A model generated the notes under the pieces. The model was not told where the DNA came from, ran no database searches, and was given only the letters and a program-made list of their open reading frames with translations. Of a stretch of DNA of 64,000 bases, positions 31,115-42,008 are shown in pieces (the stretch's first letter is position 1; each line of letters starts with the position of its first letter). Origin of the DNA: an uncultured delta proteobacterium (GTDB lineage Bacteria; Desulfobacterota; RBG-13-43-22); assembly GCA_963790475.1 (NCBI GenBank), contig CAWBOS010000012.1, positions 960,001 through 1,024,000 on the forward strand. The letters run 5' to 3'. The position numbers and the translations under genes were made by a program.

Positions 31115-32296
31115 ATGACTATCACCTCGAGGTTTATTTTAGTTTTGTTGCTAACGCTATCTTTTTTTAACGGATTCGGTATCCCGACTTCTTCAAATCC
31201 CCTCTTAGGATTCACTTTGGCCGCGCAGAAAGACGGAGTTCTGGGTCAAGGGGAATACACGGGTAAATACTGGCCGACCAAGGAATGGAGAGAGTGCCGG
31301 CCTGAAGCCGTTGGTCTGAATTCGGAAAAACTGCGTCAGGCCATTGAATATGCGGCCACATCCGCTTTCAATACGGATGGACTGGTCATTATCCGCAAGG
31401 GATACATCGTCGGTGAGGCCTATTTCGGTAACTTTAAAATCGATTCGCGACATGTCAGCCACTCGATGGCCAAAAGTTTTACCGGCACCCTGGTGGGCAT
31501 CGCCATTGATAAAGGACTAATTAAGGATATCGATGAAAAAATCTGCCAATATTACAAGGAATGGGATTGTAACAAAAAGGACGATTTTCGAAGCCGGATT
31601 ACCATTCGCCACGCCATGACCCTGACTTCGGGACTCGAATGGCAGGAGAACTGGTCCAGATGGGATCCGGCCACCAACGATGCCTTGAAAATGGGCCAAA
31701 GCGGGCATTACCTGAAATATATGGCCCAAAGGAAAGGGCTTTATGAACCCGGTCAGCGGTTTTATTATTCCACGGGTGATCCCATGCTCCTGTCCCGGGT
31801 TATCCAGGAAGCCACCGGAATGACGGCCTTTGAATTCGCTCGAAAAAATCTTTTTTCGCCTTTAAATATGACCAATATCAACTGGGAAAAAGACCAAGAC
31901 GGTTACACGGCAACGGCCTGGGGACTGCAAACCACTGTGCGGGACTTTGCCAAATTCGGTTTCCTGTTTCTCAATAAAGGCCGCTGGGAGGACAAACAAA
32001 TCGTTTCCGAACAATGGGTGGAAAAATCGACCAAGACAGACCCCACCGTCCAAATGTGGAATGCCTATGGATACCTCTGGCATGTTAATTTACCCCTCCG
32101 GTTGAAGGTTAACCAGTCCCCCGTTCCCATAGACGCCATTCCTGCGGACGGATTCATGGCCGAAGGGGTTCTGGGCCAGAATATAATCATCATCCCTTCT
32201 AAGGACCTGGTGATTGTCCGGGTGGCCAACCAGACCAAAGGGCCGATGGACCTGGTCAAATTTCTGAACATGGTGCTGAGCGCCATTGAAAATTAG
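31115..32296 (+). CDS. Secreted serine hydrolase, beta-lactamase class C / NylB-like
   Basis: Signal peptide, SMAK (SxxK), YST, YGYLW. Confidence 0.88.
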   Translation: MTITSRFILVLLLTLSFFNGFGIPTSSNPLLGFTLAAQKDGVLGQGEYTGKYWPTKEWRECRPEAVGLNSEKLRQAIEYAATSAFNTDGLVIIRKGYIVGEAYFGNFKIDSRHVSHSMAKSFTGTLVGIAIDKGLIKDIDEKICQYYKEWDCNKKDDFRSRITIRHAMTLTSGLEWQENWSRWDPATNDALKMGQSGHYLKYMAQRKGLYEPGQRFYYSTGDPMLLSRVIQEATGMTAFEFARKNLFSPLNMTNINWEKDQDGYTATAWGLQTTVRDFAKFGFLFLNKGRWEDKQIVSEQWVEKSTKTDPTVQMWNAYGYLWHVNLPLRLKVNQSPVPIDAIPADGFMAEGVLGQNIIIIPSKDLVIVRVANQTKGPMDLVKFLNMVLSAIEN

Positions 32297-32358
32297 TTCT
32301 TTTTGCGAAACTATCAATAGGAGAGAGCCGAAATCAGATCAAATGAAAGGAAGATAAG

Positions 32359-33255
32359 ATGAAGCTGAAAGGTAAAGTGGCCCTGGTCGCCGGAGGCGGA
32401 CAGGGGATCGGTGAAGGGATTTCCCTTTGTTTTGCTGAAGAAGGAGCGGATGTCGCCATCGCTGATATCAACGCTGATAACGCCAAAAAGGTTGCTGAAA
32501 AAATCGAAGCGATGGGGTGTAAGGCGCTTGTCTTATCCGCCGACCTTACTGAAGACAACGAAGCTCAAAAAACCGTTCAGGAGACTGTTGATTTTTTTGG
32601 CAGGATCGATATTCTGGTTAACAATGTCGGTGGGGTAAATGCGGAGACGCTGATGCAGGTCGGGGAGCATCGAACCACCCTCGGGGATGAAAGCCTACCA
32701 GAATTTATGTATTTCAATTCAAAAGTTTGGGATCAATATTACAAATTGAACCTGAAAACGCATGTGATTCTAAGCCAGGCGGTAACCCCCCATTTTATTA
32801 AGCAGCGAAGCGGCAAGATCGTGAATATATCCTCTGTCTCCGGAAGGCTCCCTGAGCCGGGCCACATGCCCTATGGTTCCATGAAGGCCGGTGATATTTC
32901 CTTGACCTGGTCCTTGGCCAGGGCACTGGCTCCTTACAATGTGACGGTTAACTGCATCTGCCCCGGGTTTGTGTATACTCCCCTCTGGGATATGGGGGCA
33001 ACGGCCCGTTTCAATATGATTCGTGAAGCCAAGGCTAAAGGACAGGGGCTTCCCCCAGGTGTTGCTGCCGATGATGTTGAAAGGCTCTCCCCGAGGGAAT
33101 TGTGGCTGAAGTATATCGTCGTACCTTCCACACCACTTGGAAGAGAGCAGACGGCGGAGGATATGGGGCGGGCGGCGGTTTTCCTGGTTTCGGACGATGC
33201 CAAAAATATTACCGGACAGATCCTGCATGTGGACGGCGGAATGACCATGAGATGA
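32359..33255 (+). CDS. Short-chain dehydrogenase/reductase
   Basis: GGGQGIG, NNVG, YGSMK, ITGQILHVDGG. Confidence 0.92.
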   Translation: MKLKGKVALVAGGGQGIGEGISLCFAEEGADVAIADINADNAKKVAEKIEAMGCKALVLSADLTEDNEAQKTVQETVDFFGRIDILVNNVGGVNAETLMQVGEHRTTLGDESLPEFMYFNSKVWDQYYKLNLKTHVILSQAVTPHFIKQRSGKIVNISSVSGRLPEPGHMPYGSMKAGDISLTWSLARALAPYNVTVNCICPGFVYTPLWDMGATARFNMIREAKAKGQGLPPGVAADDVERLSPRELWLKYIVVPSTPLGREQTAEDMGRAAVFLVSDDAKNITGQILHVDGGMTMR

Positions 33256-33315
33256 AGGAGTACATTATTATTTGTCTCGGAATTGAATTGGATATCGTTT
33301 TTAAATGAAAAATTT

Positions 33316-33396
33316 CTGGACCCTGGATTTCGCCGGGGTGACCAATAAAGGGAAAATATGCATTTCGCGTCATTCCGGGCTTGACCCGGAATCCAG
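33316..33396. repeat. Two REP half-units
   Basis: ctggaccctggatttcgccggggtgac and gtcattccgggcttgacccggaatccag. Confidence 0.65.
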
Positions 33397-33459
33397 GGAC
33401 TCTTTTTTTTCTATGTTGAGACTAATAATAAAAATAATGGGTTTTTGATAGGAGCTGTT

Positions 33460-34283
33460 ATGAAAGCTTGTGTGGCCACGGGAGAAAAAAGACGGATCGA
33501 GTGTCAGGAAGTGCCGACTCCTTCCATTGGACCGGGGATGCTTCTGCTGAAAACTCGATATGCCTGCATCTGCGGCAGCGATCTTGAATATCTGGACGGT
33601 TCTCTGTCCCTTGTCGGCCAGGGGGTCACCCATCTGGGGGCGGTTTTGGGCCACAAGACCGCTGGAGATCTAGGATTGGATACCCAACCGGGAGCAGCCG
33701 ATTTGATCGGCCAGGTCTTCGGCATTCAACCCGGTTCTGTCCCGGGCCACGAATTTGTGGCCGAAGTGGTCGAGGTAAAATAGGTTTGCTGGCCATGTTG
33801 TCGGCCAGGGTATACGGAGCTTCACCGATCATCGTGGTCGATGTAGTCCCCTCTCGTTTGGAAAAGGCCCTGGAGTTGGGTGCCGATGCCGTGATAAATG
33901 CCGGCGAAGTTGATGCCGTGGCCGAAGTTGCTAAACTTACCGGAGATGGGGCCAACGCGGTTATCATTTGTGTTCGGGACGGCGAGGTCTTGAACCAGGC
34001 GGCGGAAATGGGCAGTCGCGGGGCTACCATTGTCCTGGCCGGCTTTGTCCCGCCCATGAAAGTAAATCCCATGCTCTGGACCGTCAAGCAATTGAGGATT
34101 GTGGGCGTGTTGGGCGGGCCGGCCGACAGCGGGAACGTCTCAGAATTGTCCCTGTATCTCATTGCTCATAAACAGATCGATCCTCGGCCGCTGATTTCAG
34201 AAATTATCCCTTTTACAGAGGTCCAGAGGGCGGTTGATTCGGTTTATGGCGGAGAAAATATAGCCGTTCTATTGAAGCCATAA
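33460..34283 (+). pseudogene. Zn-dependent alcohol dehydrogenase with an internal deletion and frame change
   Basis: ICGSD...GHEFVAEVVEV joins directly, out of frame at ~33775, to GKIGLLAM of the Rossmann domain; the middle segment is absent. Confidence 0.8.
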
Positions 34284-34328
34284 AAGGGGAAAAATGGTTA
34301 GTTTAACTTTAGAGAAAGGGAATAATGA

Positions 34329-34928
34329 ATGGCTGATAAAAAACCTGAAGAGCTGAAAATTACCAGGCGGCAATTCATTGCCGGGGCGGGCACCGTTCTC
34401 GTCTTAGGTACGGTTCCGAAACTGGCCGTCGGCGTCACCGGGATGGCAAAAGCAGGCAGTGGGAAGATACTTGAAGGGGTTCCGGTGTCCGCTTTGATTG
34501 TCCATGATTCTAACCTATGTGCCGGTTGCGGGGTTTGCGGGCTCATGTGCGCCTTCTACCACGAGAAGGAATACGGGGCCTCGCTCTCACGTAATGAATT
34601 GGAGAGAGATCCCTTTCGTGTCGAATATACTTTTTACGTCTGCCAACAATGCACCTCCCCCGACTGCTATTTCGCCTGTCCGAATAAAGATGAAGCCTTA
34701 TGCGTGGATAAAAAGACCGGGGTGAAATATGTCAATACCGCCAAATGCGTGGGGTGCGGCAGTTGCACCGAGGCTTGCCGGTTCACCCCTCCCCGGGCCA
34801 ATGTCCATCCTGTAAAGAAGGTTTCCTTTAAGTGCGATTTGTGCCGCGAGAGGGTAGAGGGCCCAATTTGTGTGGAGTATTGCACGATGCATGCCCTGCG
34901 TAAAGTTTCAGGGAAGGAAAGGGGATAA
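34329..34928 (+). CDS. Tat-signal 4Fe-4S dicluster protein (AOR-associated, YdhY-like)
   Basis: TRRQFI twin-arginine motif; CAGCGVCGLMC, CQQC...C, CVGCGSCTEAC, KCDLC. Confidence 0.88.
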   Translation: MADKKPEELKITRRQFIAGAGTVLVLGTVPKLAVGVTGMAKAGSGKILEGVPVSALIVHDSNLCAGCGVCGLMCAFYHEKEYGASLSRNELERDPFRVEYTFYVCQQCTSPDCYFACPNKDEALCVDKKTGVKYVNTAKCVGCGSCTEACRFTPPRANVHPVKKVSFKCDLCRERVEGPICVEYCTMHALRKVSGKERG

Positions 34929-34930
34929 AC

Positions 34931-36810
34931 ATGAAACCCTACGGCTGGAGCGGAAAAATACTCTGGGTGGATCTGACCACCCGCAAAATCAGCATGGTCC
35001 CCACTTCCGATTTTGAACCGGAGAAATATCTGGGCGGGATCGGTTTGAACAGCAAGATATTCTGGGAAATGGGGTGCCCCAGAGTCGAGGCCTTTGATCC
35101 CCAAAGCCCGCTGCTTATTGCTATTGGACCGGTAACCGGAACGGCGGGACCTTTCAGCCGGGCGGAAGTTTGTGTTATCGCCCCCCAGGCCTATCCGCAG
35201 GAAACCTTCGCTTATTCGGGGATTGGGGGAAAAATTCCCGTGGAAATCAAGTATGCCGGCTATGACGCCCTCGTCATAGTGGGTAAGTCCGACCAACCGG
35301 TGTATCTGTCCATAGCCGATGACCAGGTGAAGCTAAATGATGCCAAATCGATATGGGGCCTGGATACCTTCGAAACGCAAAAGGCCTTAATGGCCGCCCA
35401 TTCCAAAGCCGCTGTTCTGACTATCGGACCGGCCGGAGAAAATTTGTGCCGCGTGGCCATTATTCTCAATGAAACCGCCAGCGCCGCCGGTCAGGGAGGA
35501 TATGGGGCGGTTATGGGCTCCAAGAATCTAAAGGCCATAGTGGTCAAGGGCTCTGGGATCATGAAAGTGGCCAAACCGGATGTCCTGATGAAGCTTCAGC
35601 AGGAACGGATGAAGGACAGGGAGTGGCTTACCGGTGCAGCCCAGTCCTGGGGCAGGTATCCTTTGACCGGAGGCCAGATAGCCCGAAACATGCGGAGCTA
35701 AATATTTCAAACGTGTCGGGGGATGCCACGGCTGCACCTATCAATGTATGGGCATTTATGACATCCCGGGCATCGGCAAGGGTGCCCAGATGTGCGTGGA
35801 AGCCTGGTATGGATGGTTCAGCGGTGGTAGCTCCGAAGGGTACTGGGAAGGCAATATCCTCTCCCAAAAATTGGGGATCAATAACTATGAGCTTTTGGGC
35901 ATTATGTCCTGGCTGGTTACAATGCGTGGGATGGTGGACAAGAAAGCTTTGGGGGTTACTTCCATTCCGGTCATTGATCATAGCATTCAATACGAATTCG
36001 GTGGACAAAATGCCCACCATCAGTTTCCTGGTCGAGTTACTCAATGGCATGGCCAGCGGCAAAAGCATTCTCTCCCAGGGCACGGCCCGGGCCGCAGAGA
36101 AATTGGGACCCGCCGCTCAGGCGGCCTTTAAAGAAGTCTTTCCGGCCCGGGGGTATACACGCCATCATATCGAAAACGTCGGGTCGGCTCTGCACTGGGC
36201 CATGGATTCCCGCGACCCTTATAATTCATGCCATGATTATACCATGCCCTATCAAGGGTTTGGATATAATACCCAAGTGGCTTCTCACTTCGGTGTCCCG
36301 GGTGGTGATATGATGGGCGGCAGGAAGAATGTCTATGAAAAAACCGAATACCAGACCGCCTGGGTGCAGAATCACCAGAGCATTAAAAACTCCATGCCGA
36401 TCTGCGAATATGCCAGCATGCCCGCCAGCTTTTTTCATCCGCCGGCTATGGATATCCGCATTTTTGAATCCAGTGTTCTTTCTGCGGTCACCGGGATTGA
36501 TTATTCGGTGGAAAAATTGTGGGAAGCAGGGGAACGGATCACCAACATGAGGCGGGCTATAGCGGTTTCCAGGGAAAACCGGAGTCGGGAACAGGACACC
36601 CTTAGTCCGATCTGGTTTGAGAGGCGGGTTGGTCCTGCTGAAGCCCTGGGGGCCCCTTTGGATAAAACCAAATGGGAGGCCTTGAAAGACAGATTCTTTA
36701 GGCTCAGAGGCTGGAATAAAACGACCGGCAGGCCCACCAGGGCCAAACTGGAAAAACTCGGAATGAAAGGTGTAGCCGATCGGCTGGAGAAAGAGGGCAG
36801 ACTGGGATGA
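34931..36810 (+). pseudogene. Aldehyde:ferredoxin oxidoreductase family gene with two +1 frameshifts (or sequencing errors)
   Basis: AOR N-terminus (IGPAGEN, GAVMGSKNLKAI); frameshifts at ~35682-35698 and ~36024-36027 join CHGCTYQC and the GRPTRAKLEKLG C-terminus. Confidence 0.85.
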
Positions 36811-37032
36811 GGGGTAAGAGAAAAAAAGTTCGAAGTTAAGAGTTCGGAGTCCGGAAAAAACCCATGATATGATCCATGGCGCCGGGAATGCGAGTGACTG
36901 TTCAGACATGCTTTTCACTCCGCCTGCGGCCCTCGACCCCTTGAATCCTTGAACCCTTTTTCATAGATGATGGTGCCCCCTGGGGCGTGACGGTTATAAA
37001 CAAACTATAATAAGAATCGGAGGAAATTTGAA

Positions 37033-38712
37033 ATGACCATGATTGACGGAGGAGCCCTGGTCGGTAAGGCCCTGGCCAATGAGGGCGTGGAAAAGGCCTT
37101 CGTTTTGTGCGGCGGACATATTATGCCGATTTTTTATGGGATGCGCAATGCGGGGATTGAAATCATCGACATGCGCCATGAGTGCGCGGCAGTGTACGCG
37201 GCCATCGCCTATACCAGGGCCGCAGGCAAGATGACGGTGGTGGTGACCACTGCCGGTCCGGGCGTCGGGAATACGCCGGCGGGAATGATGGAAGCTCAAT
37301 CGTTGGGTATTCCTCTCCTTCAGATCGGCGGGGCGGTGGCCATGACCAAGAGGGACGCTGGGGATCTTCAGGACATGTCCACCTTGAATGTAATGGAATC
37401 CTGTTCCAAGTGGGCCCGGAAAATCACTCTCACGGAGCGGATCCCGGAGTATGTCTCGATGGCTTTTCGCCAGGCCCAGGATTCAACCCCGGGACCGGTC
37501 TATCTGGAGATTCCCACGGATTTATGTTTCAACAAGGTGGAAGAGGGAAATATATCATTCCCAGTGAATTATCGTGCAAAGGCGATTCCTTTTGGCGATC
37601 CGGTTTTGATCGATGCGGCGGCAGACCTTTTAGTCAAGGCCAAGCAACCGGCTATTATTGTCGGTGACGGCGCTTTGTCATCGGTTGGGAATAAAGCCTC
37701 GGCTGTGGCGGGCCTCTCGGATTATTTAAAAATACCGGTTGGTGTCTCTGGGTCCTCGTGCCGGGGGTTGTTCGGGGACGAATATAAAAATCCGCTACTC
37801 AGAACCAATGCCATCTGGTTTGCTGATGTGATTTTAACCCTGGGCTGTCGTTTTGATTTCCGTCTGGGATTGGGGACTATGGTGCCGAAAGAGGCTAAGG
37901 TTATCCAGGTTCATACGGATATGTCGCAGATCGGTTTCAACCTGCGGGCAGATATTGGAATCGTCGGGGGAACTGGCCCGGTGGCCGGTCAATTGCTGGA
38001 AGTGGTAAAAACTAAAAGGAATAAACCCGCAGAGGTCTCCTGGGTTGGTCCGGATCCAAAATCCATGAAGGCGCAAATGTCAGAAGCTTACGGGGCGGAG
38101 GGTATCCCAATTCACCCGGCCCGTTGTGCCGGTGAGGTGGCCAAGTTTCTGGAGCAGGATGGCCGGGATTGGTCATTGATCTGTGACGGGGGCGAAGCCG
38201 CGGTTTGGATGATCATCGCCGCCACGGCCCAACGTCCGGGGCAGATCCATTCTTCGGGTCCAAACGGTACGATCGGTACCGGGCCCGCTCTGGCCGTCGG
38301 GGCCTGGGCGGCCAACCGGAAACCGGTCTTGTGGTATACCGGGGACGGGAGCTTCGGATTTTATGCCATGGAAATGGACACCATGGCCAGGCTGGGGATT
38401 CCTGTGGTTTGCGTCGTTTCCAATGACTCGGCCTGGGGGATGATCCGTCTGGCGGAGAGGTATATCCGGCCCGAAGAAATCGAAACCAGGGGGCAGTGCC
38501 ATGTGGAGCTGCATCATATGCGGGCTTATGAGAAGATGGCGGCTATGTGGGACGGGTATGGCGAATGTGTTACCGATCCGGCGGAGATCATACCGGCCAT
38601 CAAACGGGCGGCAGCCAACGGCAAACCGTCGATTATTAATGTGGAAGTGGACAAGGTAAGCCTTTCACCAATGATCGCCGGCTTCGCCAACATGGTCAAG
38701 CCGGACAAGTAA
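37033..38712 (+). CDS. TPP-dependent enzyme (acetolactate synthase-like / 2-hydroxyacyl-CoA lyase-like)
   Basis: GGHI, MRHE, TAGPG, GDGSFG...NDSAWG. Confidence 0.9.
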   Translation: MTMIDGGALVGKALANEGVEKAFVLCGGHIMPIFYGMRNAGIEIIDMRHECAAVYAAIAYTRAAGKMTVVVTTAGPGVGNTPAGMMEAQSLGIPLLQIGGAVAMTKRDAGDLQDMSTLNVMESCSKWARKITLTERIPEYVSMAFRQAQDSTPGPVYLEIPTDLCFNKVEEGNISFPVNYRAKAIPFGDPVLIDAAADLLVKAKQPAIIVGDGALSSVGNKASAVAGLSDYLKIPVGVSGSSCRGLFGDEYKNPLLRTNAIWFADVILTLGCRFDFRLGLGTMVPKEAKVIQVHTDMSQIGFNLRADIGIVGGTGPVAGQLLEVVKTKRNKPAEVSWVGPDPKSMKAQMSEAYGAEGIPIHPARCAGEVAKFLEQDGRDWSLICDGGEAAVWMIIAATAQRPGQIHSSGPNGTIGTGPALAVGAWAANRKPVLWYTGDGSFGFYAMEMDTMARLGIPVVCVVSNDSAWGMIRLAERYIRPEEIETRGQCHVELHHMRAYEKMAAMWDGYGECVTDPAEIIPAIKRAAANGKPSIINVEVDKVSLSPMIAGFANMVKPDK

Positions 38713-38821
38713 CAGGGTTCCAGGGTTCGAGGATTCAAGTCCCGCCAAAGTTATGGCCTCTTGAACCCTTTTTTTTCATTCTTCATCGGTGCCCACTTCA
38801 ATCAGCGTGGGTCTTGAAAAA

Positions 38822-39403
38822 ATGGAAGAACTTTTCGATCAATGGCCGGAAAAATACGAGCAATGGTTCCAGACCCCGATCGGGCGTCTGGTGGAGGAAT
38901 ATGAAAACAGACTTATTTTAGAGATGCTCCAACCTCTTCCCGGAGAGAAGATACTGGATGCGGGATGTGGCAGCGGTGTTTTCACCCGCCATCTTTTGGC
39001 CGCCGGCGCTCAGGTAGATGGCCTGGAGATCTCTCTCCCCATGCTTCAAAGGGCCAGGGAAATATCAGCGGGATATCCGTTCCGAAGCATTCAGGGAGAT
39101 ATGCTCCATCTCCCCTTTCGGGATAATCGATTCGATAAGGTCATTTCAGTTACCGCCATCGAGTTTGTCCAAGATGCTGGAGTTGCTGTACTAGAGGCCT
39201 TCCGGGTTACCAGGCCCGGAGGGGTTGTCTTGGTCGCAACCCTGAATAGTCTCAGCCCCTGGGCTTCCCGTCGACTGGAGGCGGCAAAAAAGGGACATCC
39301 CCTATTCAATCAGGCCATCTTCAGATCACTCGCTGAGATACGAACGCTGGCAGCGGTTGACGGAATCGTGATGGATAAAGCCTGGTTAAAGCAGGCTCAG
39401 TAA
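38822..39403 (+). CDS. Class I SAM-dependent methyltransferase (C-terminus possibly truncated)
   Basis: LDAGCGSG, LPFRDNRFD, RVTRPGG. Confidence 0.8.
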   Translation: MEELFDQWPEKYEQWFQTPIGRLVEEYENRLILEMLQPLPGEKILDAGCGSGVFTRHLLAAGAQVDGLEISLPMLQRAREISAGYPFRSIQGDMLHLPFRDNRFDKVISVTAIEFVQDAGVAVLEAFRVTRPGGVVLVATLNSLSPWASRRLEAAKKGHPLFNQAIFRSLAEIRTLAAVDGIVMDKAWLKQAQ

Positions 39404-39462
39404 GACAAGGGCTTAAGTCAAGAGGAATATGAGGTTTGGATTAGAGTTCGGATTGGACGGAT

Positions 39463-39702
39463 ATGCTGATTAGGATTGAAATATCCAGCGTTCTTCAACC
39501 CATGATTCCGGTTTCCGGCAAAAATCTTTCAGGAGACCAATGGGAGGTGCCCGAGGGGACGCATACAGGAAATATTTTGGATTTATTGAGTCTGACCCAC
39601 ATTCCGACTATGCTCATTCTCAATAAAGGTGTGGTAAACGAAAAAGCTTTCCTAAGGGAGGGAGACAGGTTAAGGATTTTTCCGTTGGTTAGCGGGGGAT
39701 AA
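39463..39702 (+). CDS. MoaD/ThiS-family sulfur carrier
   Basis: LREGDRLRIFPLVSGG C-terminal diglycine; next to AOR. Confidence 0.88.
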   Translation: MLIRIEISSVLQPMIPVSGKNLSGDQWEVPEGTHTGNILDLLSLTHIPTMLILNKGVVNEKAFLREGDRLRIFPLVSGG

Positions 39703-39745
39703 AAAGTGGCTGGCCACAGGAGGGGCAGAGGGTCTGCCCTGTGAC

Positions 39746-39859
39746 GTCATGCCGGACCCCGTATCGGGTACGGGGCAGGCCCGATCCGGCATCCAGGGAA
39801 TTAAAAACTCTGGATTCCGGCTGGAGTCTATCCCGCACTTGATGCGGGACCGGAATGAC
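39746..39859. repeat. Branched REP doublet
   Basis: gtcatgccgga...tccggcatccag ... ctggattccgg...ccggaatgac with extra internal hairpins. Confidence 0.7.
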
Positions 39860-39941
39860 ATTATAGGCACTTATTATTGTCTTGTACTACAATTGGGAAG
39901 AAATTAAGATACCGAAAAATAGAAAAAGAGAGGAGTTTGTT

Positions 39942-41648
39942 ATGAAGATATTACGGGTGAACACCAGCAATCTGGAGACTCATTATGAAGACCTTCCTGC
40001 GGACTGGAAGATACTCGGTGGCCGGGGGCTTTCAGCCAAAATCATCAAGGCCGAAGTTCCACCTCAAAGCGATCCCCTCGGTCCGGAGGCCAAAATGGTC
40101 ATTGCCTCAGGACCACTGGCCGGCACCCTGGCCCCTTCCTGCGGTCGCATCTCCATAGGCGGAAAAAGCCCGCTGACCAAGGGGATCAAGGAGGCCAATG
40201 CCGGAGGCCCGGTTGGCCAGGATCTTGATAAATTAGGAATCAGGGCCATCGTCATCGAGGGCCTGCCCAAGTCGGATAAATTATACATCCTCTCCATCAC
40301 CAAGGATGGCGCCAAGTTAAAGGATGGAGAGGCCTATCGAGGCCTGAAGACCTATGACCTGGCCGATGCTTTGCGGAAAGAATACCATGACAAGATATCG
40401 ATCATCTCCATCGGGCCCGTGGGAGAACGAAAATCCCGGGCTTCGTCGATAGCTTTTACCGACAAAGATGGGCACTGCTCCAGACACGCCGCCCGAGGCG
40501 GACTGGGAGCGGTCATGAGCGCCAAGGGCTTAAAAGCCATCGTGATCGATGACCAGGGAGTGCCGCCCATCGTTTACGCTGACCGGAAAGCCTTTCAGGA
40601 AGCGTTGAAGAACTGGCCCGAAGTCCTTAAAAAGGATCCGTCGTTGGCCGGTACGAGCAAATACGGAACTCCCGGAATCATCGTTCCCTTGAGAAGTCTG
40701 GGAAGTATGCCCTCTAAAAACTACAGCAGTGAACCGACCGAAGGCTTTGAGGCCCTGGCCGGACCGTCCCTGGAAAAGATCAACCAGGAAAGAAAGGGCC
40801 GCATGGATGCCTGCATGCCCGGTTGCCTGGTCCGCTGTTCCGTTGTTTACAATGACGCCAACGGAAACCACCTTACCTCAAGTTACGAATATGAGACTCT
40901 GGCGCTCATGGGCACCAATTTAGGGATTGCGGACCCGGATGCCGTGGCCAGATTCGATCGGATCTGCGATGACCTGGGAATCGATACCATTGAACTGGGA
41001 AGTGCCCTGGGGGTGGCCGCATCGGCCGGAAAAATGGAGATGGGAAACGTGGCTTCGGCCCTGGCCCTCCTGGATGAAGTGGAAAAAGGAACGCCCTTCG
41101 GCAGAATCCTGGCCGATGGGGTGGTGGCCACAGCCAAATCGCTGGGGATTACCAGGATACCGGCCTTTAAAGGCCAGGCCATTCCGGCCCACGATCCCAG
41201 AGTAACCAAGGCCACGGGTGTAACTTACCATACCAGTCCCATGGGCGCGGATCATACGGCCGGAGTCTCCTATGAAAATCCCATGTCCAATGAAGGGCAG
41301 GTGGAGCGCTCCCTTAAAGCCCAAATCATGACTGCCATGATGGACTCTCTCGGTTACTGCATATTGGCTGCACCAACGAATAGAAAGGCTCTGCTTAGTT
41401 TTTTGAAAGATTTGATCAACGCCAGGTACGGTCTCAATGTCGATGAAAACGATCTTATTAAGATAGGCAGGGAAACTTTGAGGGATGAAGTCGCTTTCAA
41501 TAAAAAAGCCGGCTTTATCGAGGCCAACGATCCGGCGCCGGAATTTGTCCGAACCGAGCCCCTGGCCCCGACTCAAAGCGTTTTTGACGTGCCCGTGGAG
41601 CAAATAGACAGGATCTGGGATCAATTGAATACCATAATAGTCATCTGA
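39942..41648 (+). CDS. aor: Aldehyde:ferredoxin oxidoreductase (W/Mo-pterin)
   Basis: KSPLTKGIKEANAGG, ARGGLGAVMSAKGLKAI, CMPGCLVRC, EYET, DDLGIDTIE. Confidence 0.93.
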   Translation: MKILRVNTSNLETHYEDLPADWKILGGRGLSAKIIKAEVPPQSDPLGPEAKMVIASGPLAGTLAPSCGRISIGGKSPLTKGIKEANAGGPVGQDLDKLGIRAIVIEGLPKSDKLYILSITKDGAKLKDGEAYRGLKTYDLADALRKEYHDKISIISIGPVGERKSRASSIAFTDKDGHCSRHAARGGLGAVMSAKGLKAIVIDDQGVPPIVYADRKAFQEALKNWPEVLKKDPSLAGTSKYGTPGIIVPLRSLGSMPSKNYSSEPTEGFEALAGPSLEKINQERKGRMDACMPGCLVRCSVVYNDANGNHLTSSYEYETLALMGTNLGIADPDAVARFDRICDDLGIDTIELGSALGVAASAGKMEMGNVASALALLDEVEKGTPFGRILADGVVATAKSLGITRIPAFKGQAIPAHDPRVTKATGVTYHTSPMGADHTAGVSYENPMSNEGQVERSLKAQIMTAMMDSLGYCILAAPTNRKALLSFLKDLINARYGLNVDENDLIKIGRETLRDEVAFNKKAGFIEANDPAPEFVRTEPLAPTQSVFDVPVEQIDRIWDQLNTIIVI

Positions 41649-41765
41649 TGGCTTCAAAGGTTGTCCGAAAAATTTTTATGCTGAAGGCTCGACTGAGAGG
41701 TTTGAAATTCTATGGTGATCATTGCTCGTTTCTCGTTCTGGTTTTAACCTGCAACCAGTAACCGG

Positions 41766-41899
41766 TGATGAATTCGTAAAAAGGCGTCACCCCGGCGAAA
41801 GCCGGGGTCCAGGATATTATAACTAGTTAAAAATACTGGATTCCGGCTTTCGCCGGAATGACGATTGCGGGCTTCCGGCGACTTTTTACGAAGTTCTCA
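41766..41899. mobile_element. 134-bp MITE carrying a REP doublet
   Basis: TIRs tgatgaattcgtaaaaag / ctttttacgaagttctca; flanked by a CCGG duplication; inserted into a heptamer array. Confidence 0.8.
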
Positions 41900-42008
41900 C
41901 CGGTAACGAGCAACGGGCAAAGCTGTCGTTAGCCCTTAACAGAGCTCATTTCAGCGTTAACTGCTTAGAGGATATTTTGTAAGAATCTAAATAGGGAGGT
42001 AATTTGAA

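Noticed and set aside
33781-33783. TAG in the ADH gene as possible pyrrolysine read-through
   Set aside because: The in-frame continuation stops again after 20 codons, and ADH similarity resumes in a different frame; this is a deletion junction
35682-36027. Programmed frameshifting in the AOR gene
   Set aside because: No clear slippery heptamer or stimulatory structure; error or decay is the simpler explanation
3302-41899. Repeats as a CRISPR array
   Set aside because: They are dispersed palindromes or short tandem units, with no regular repeat-spacer period and no cas genes
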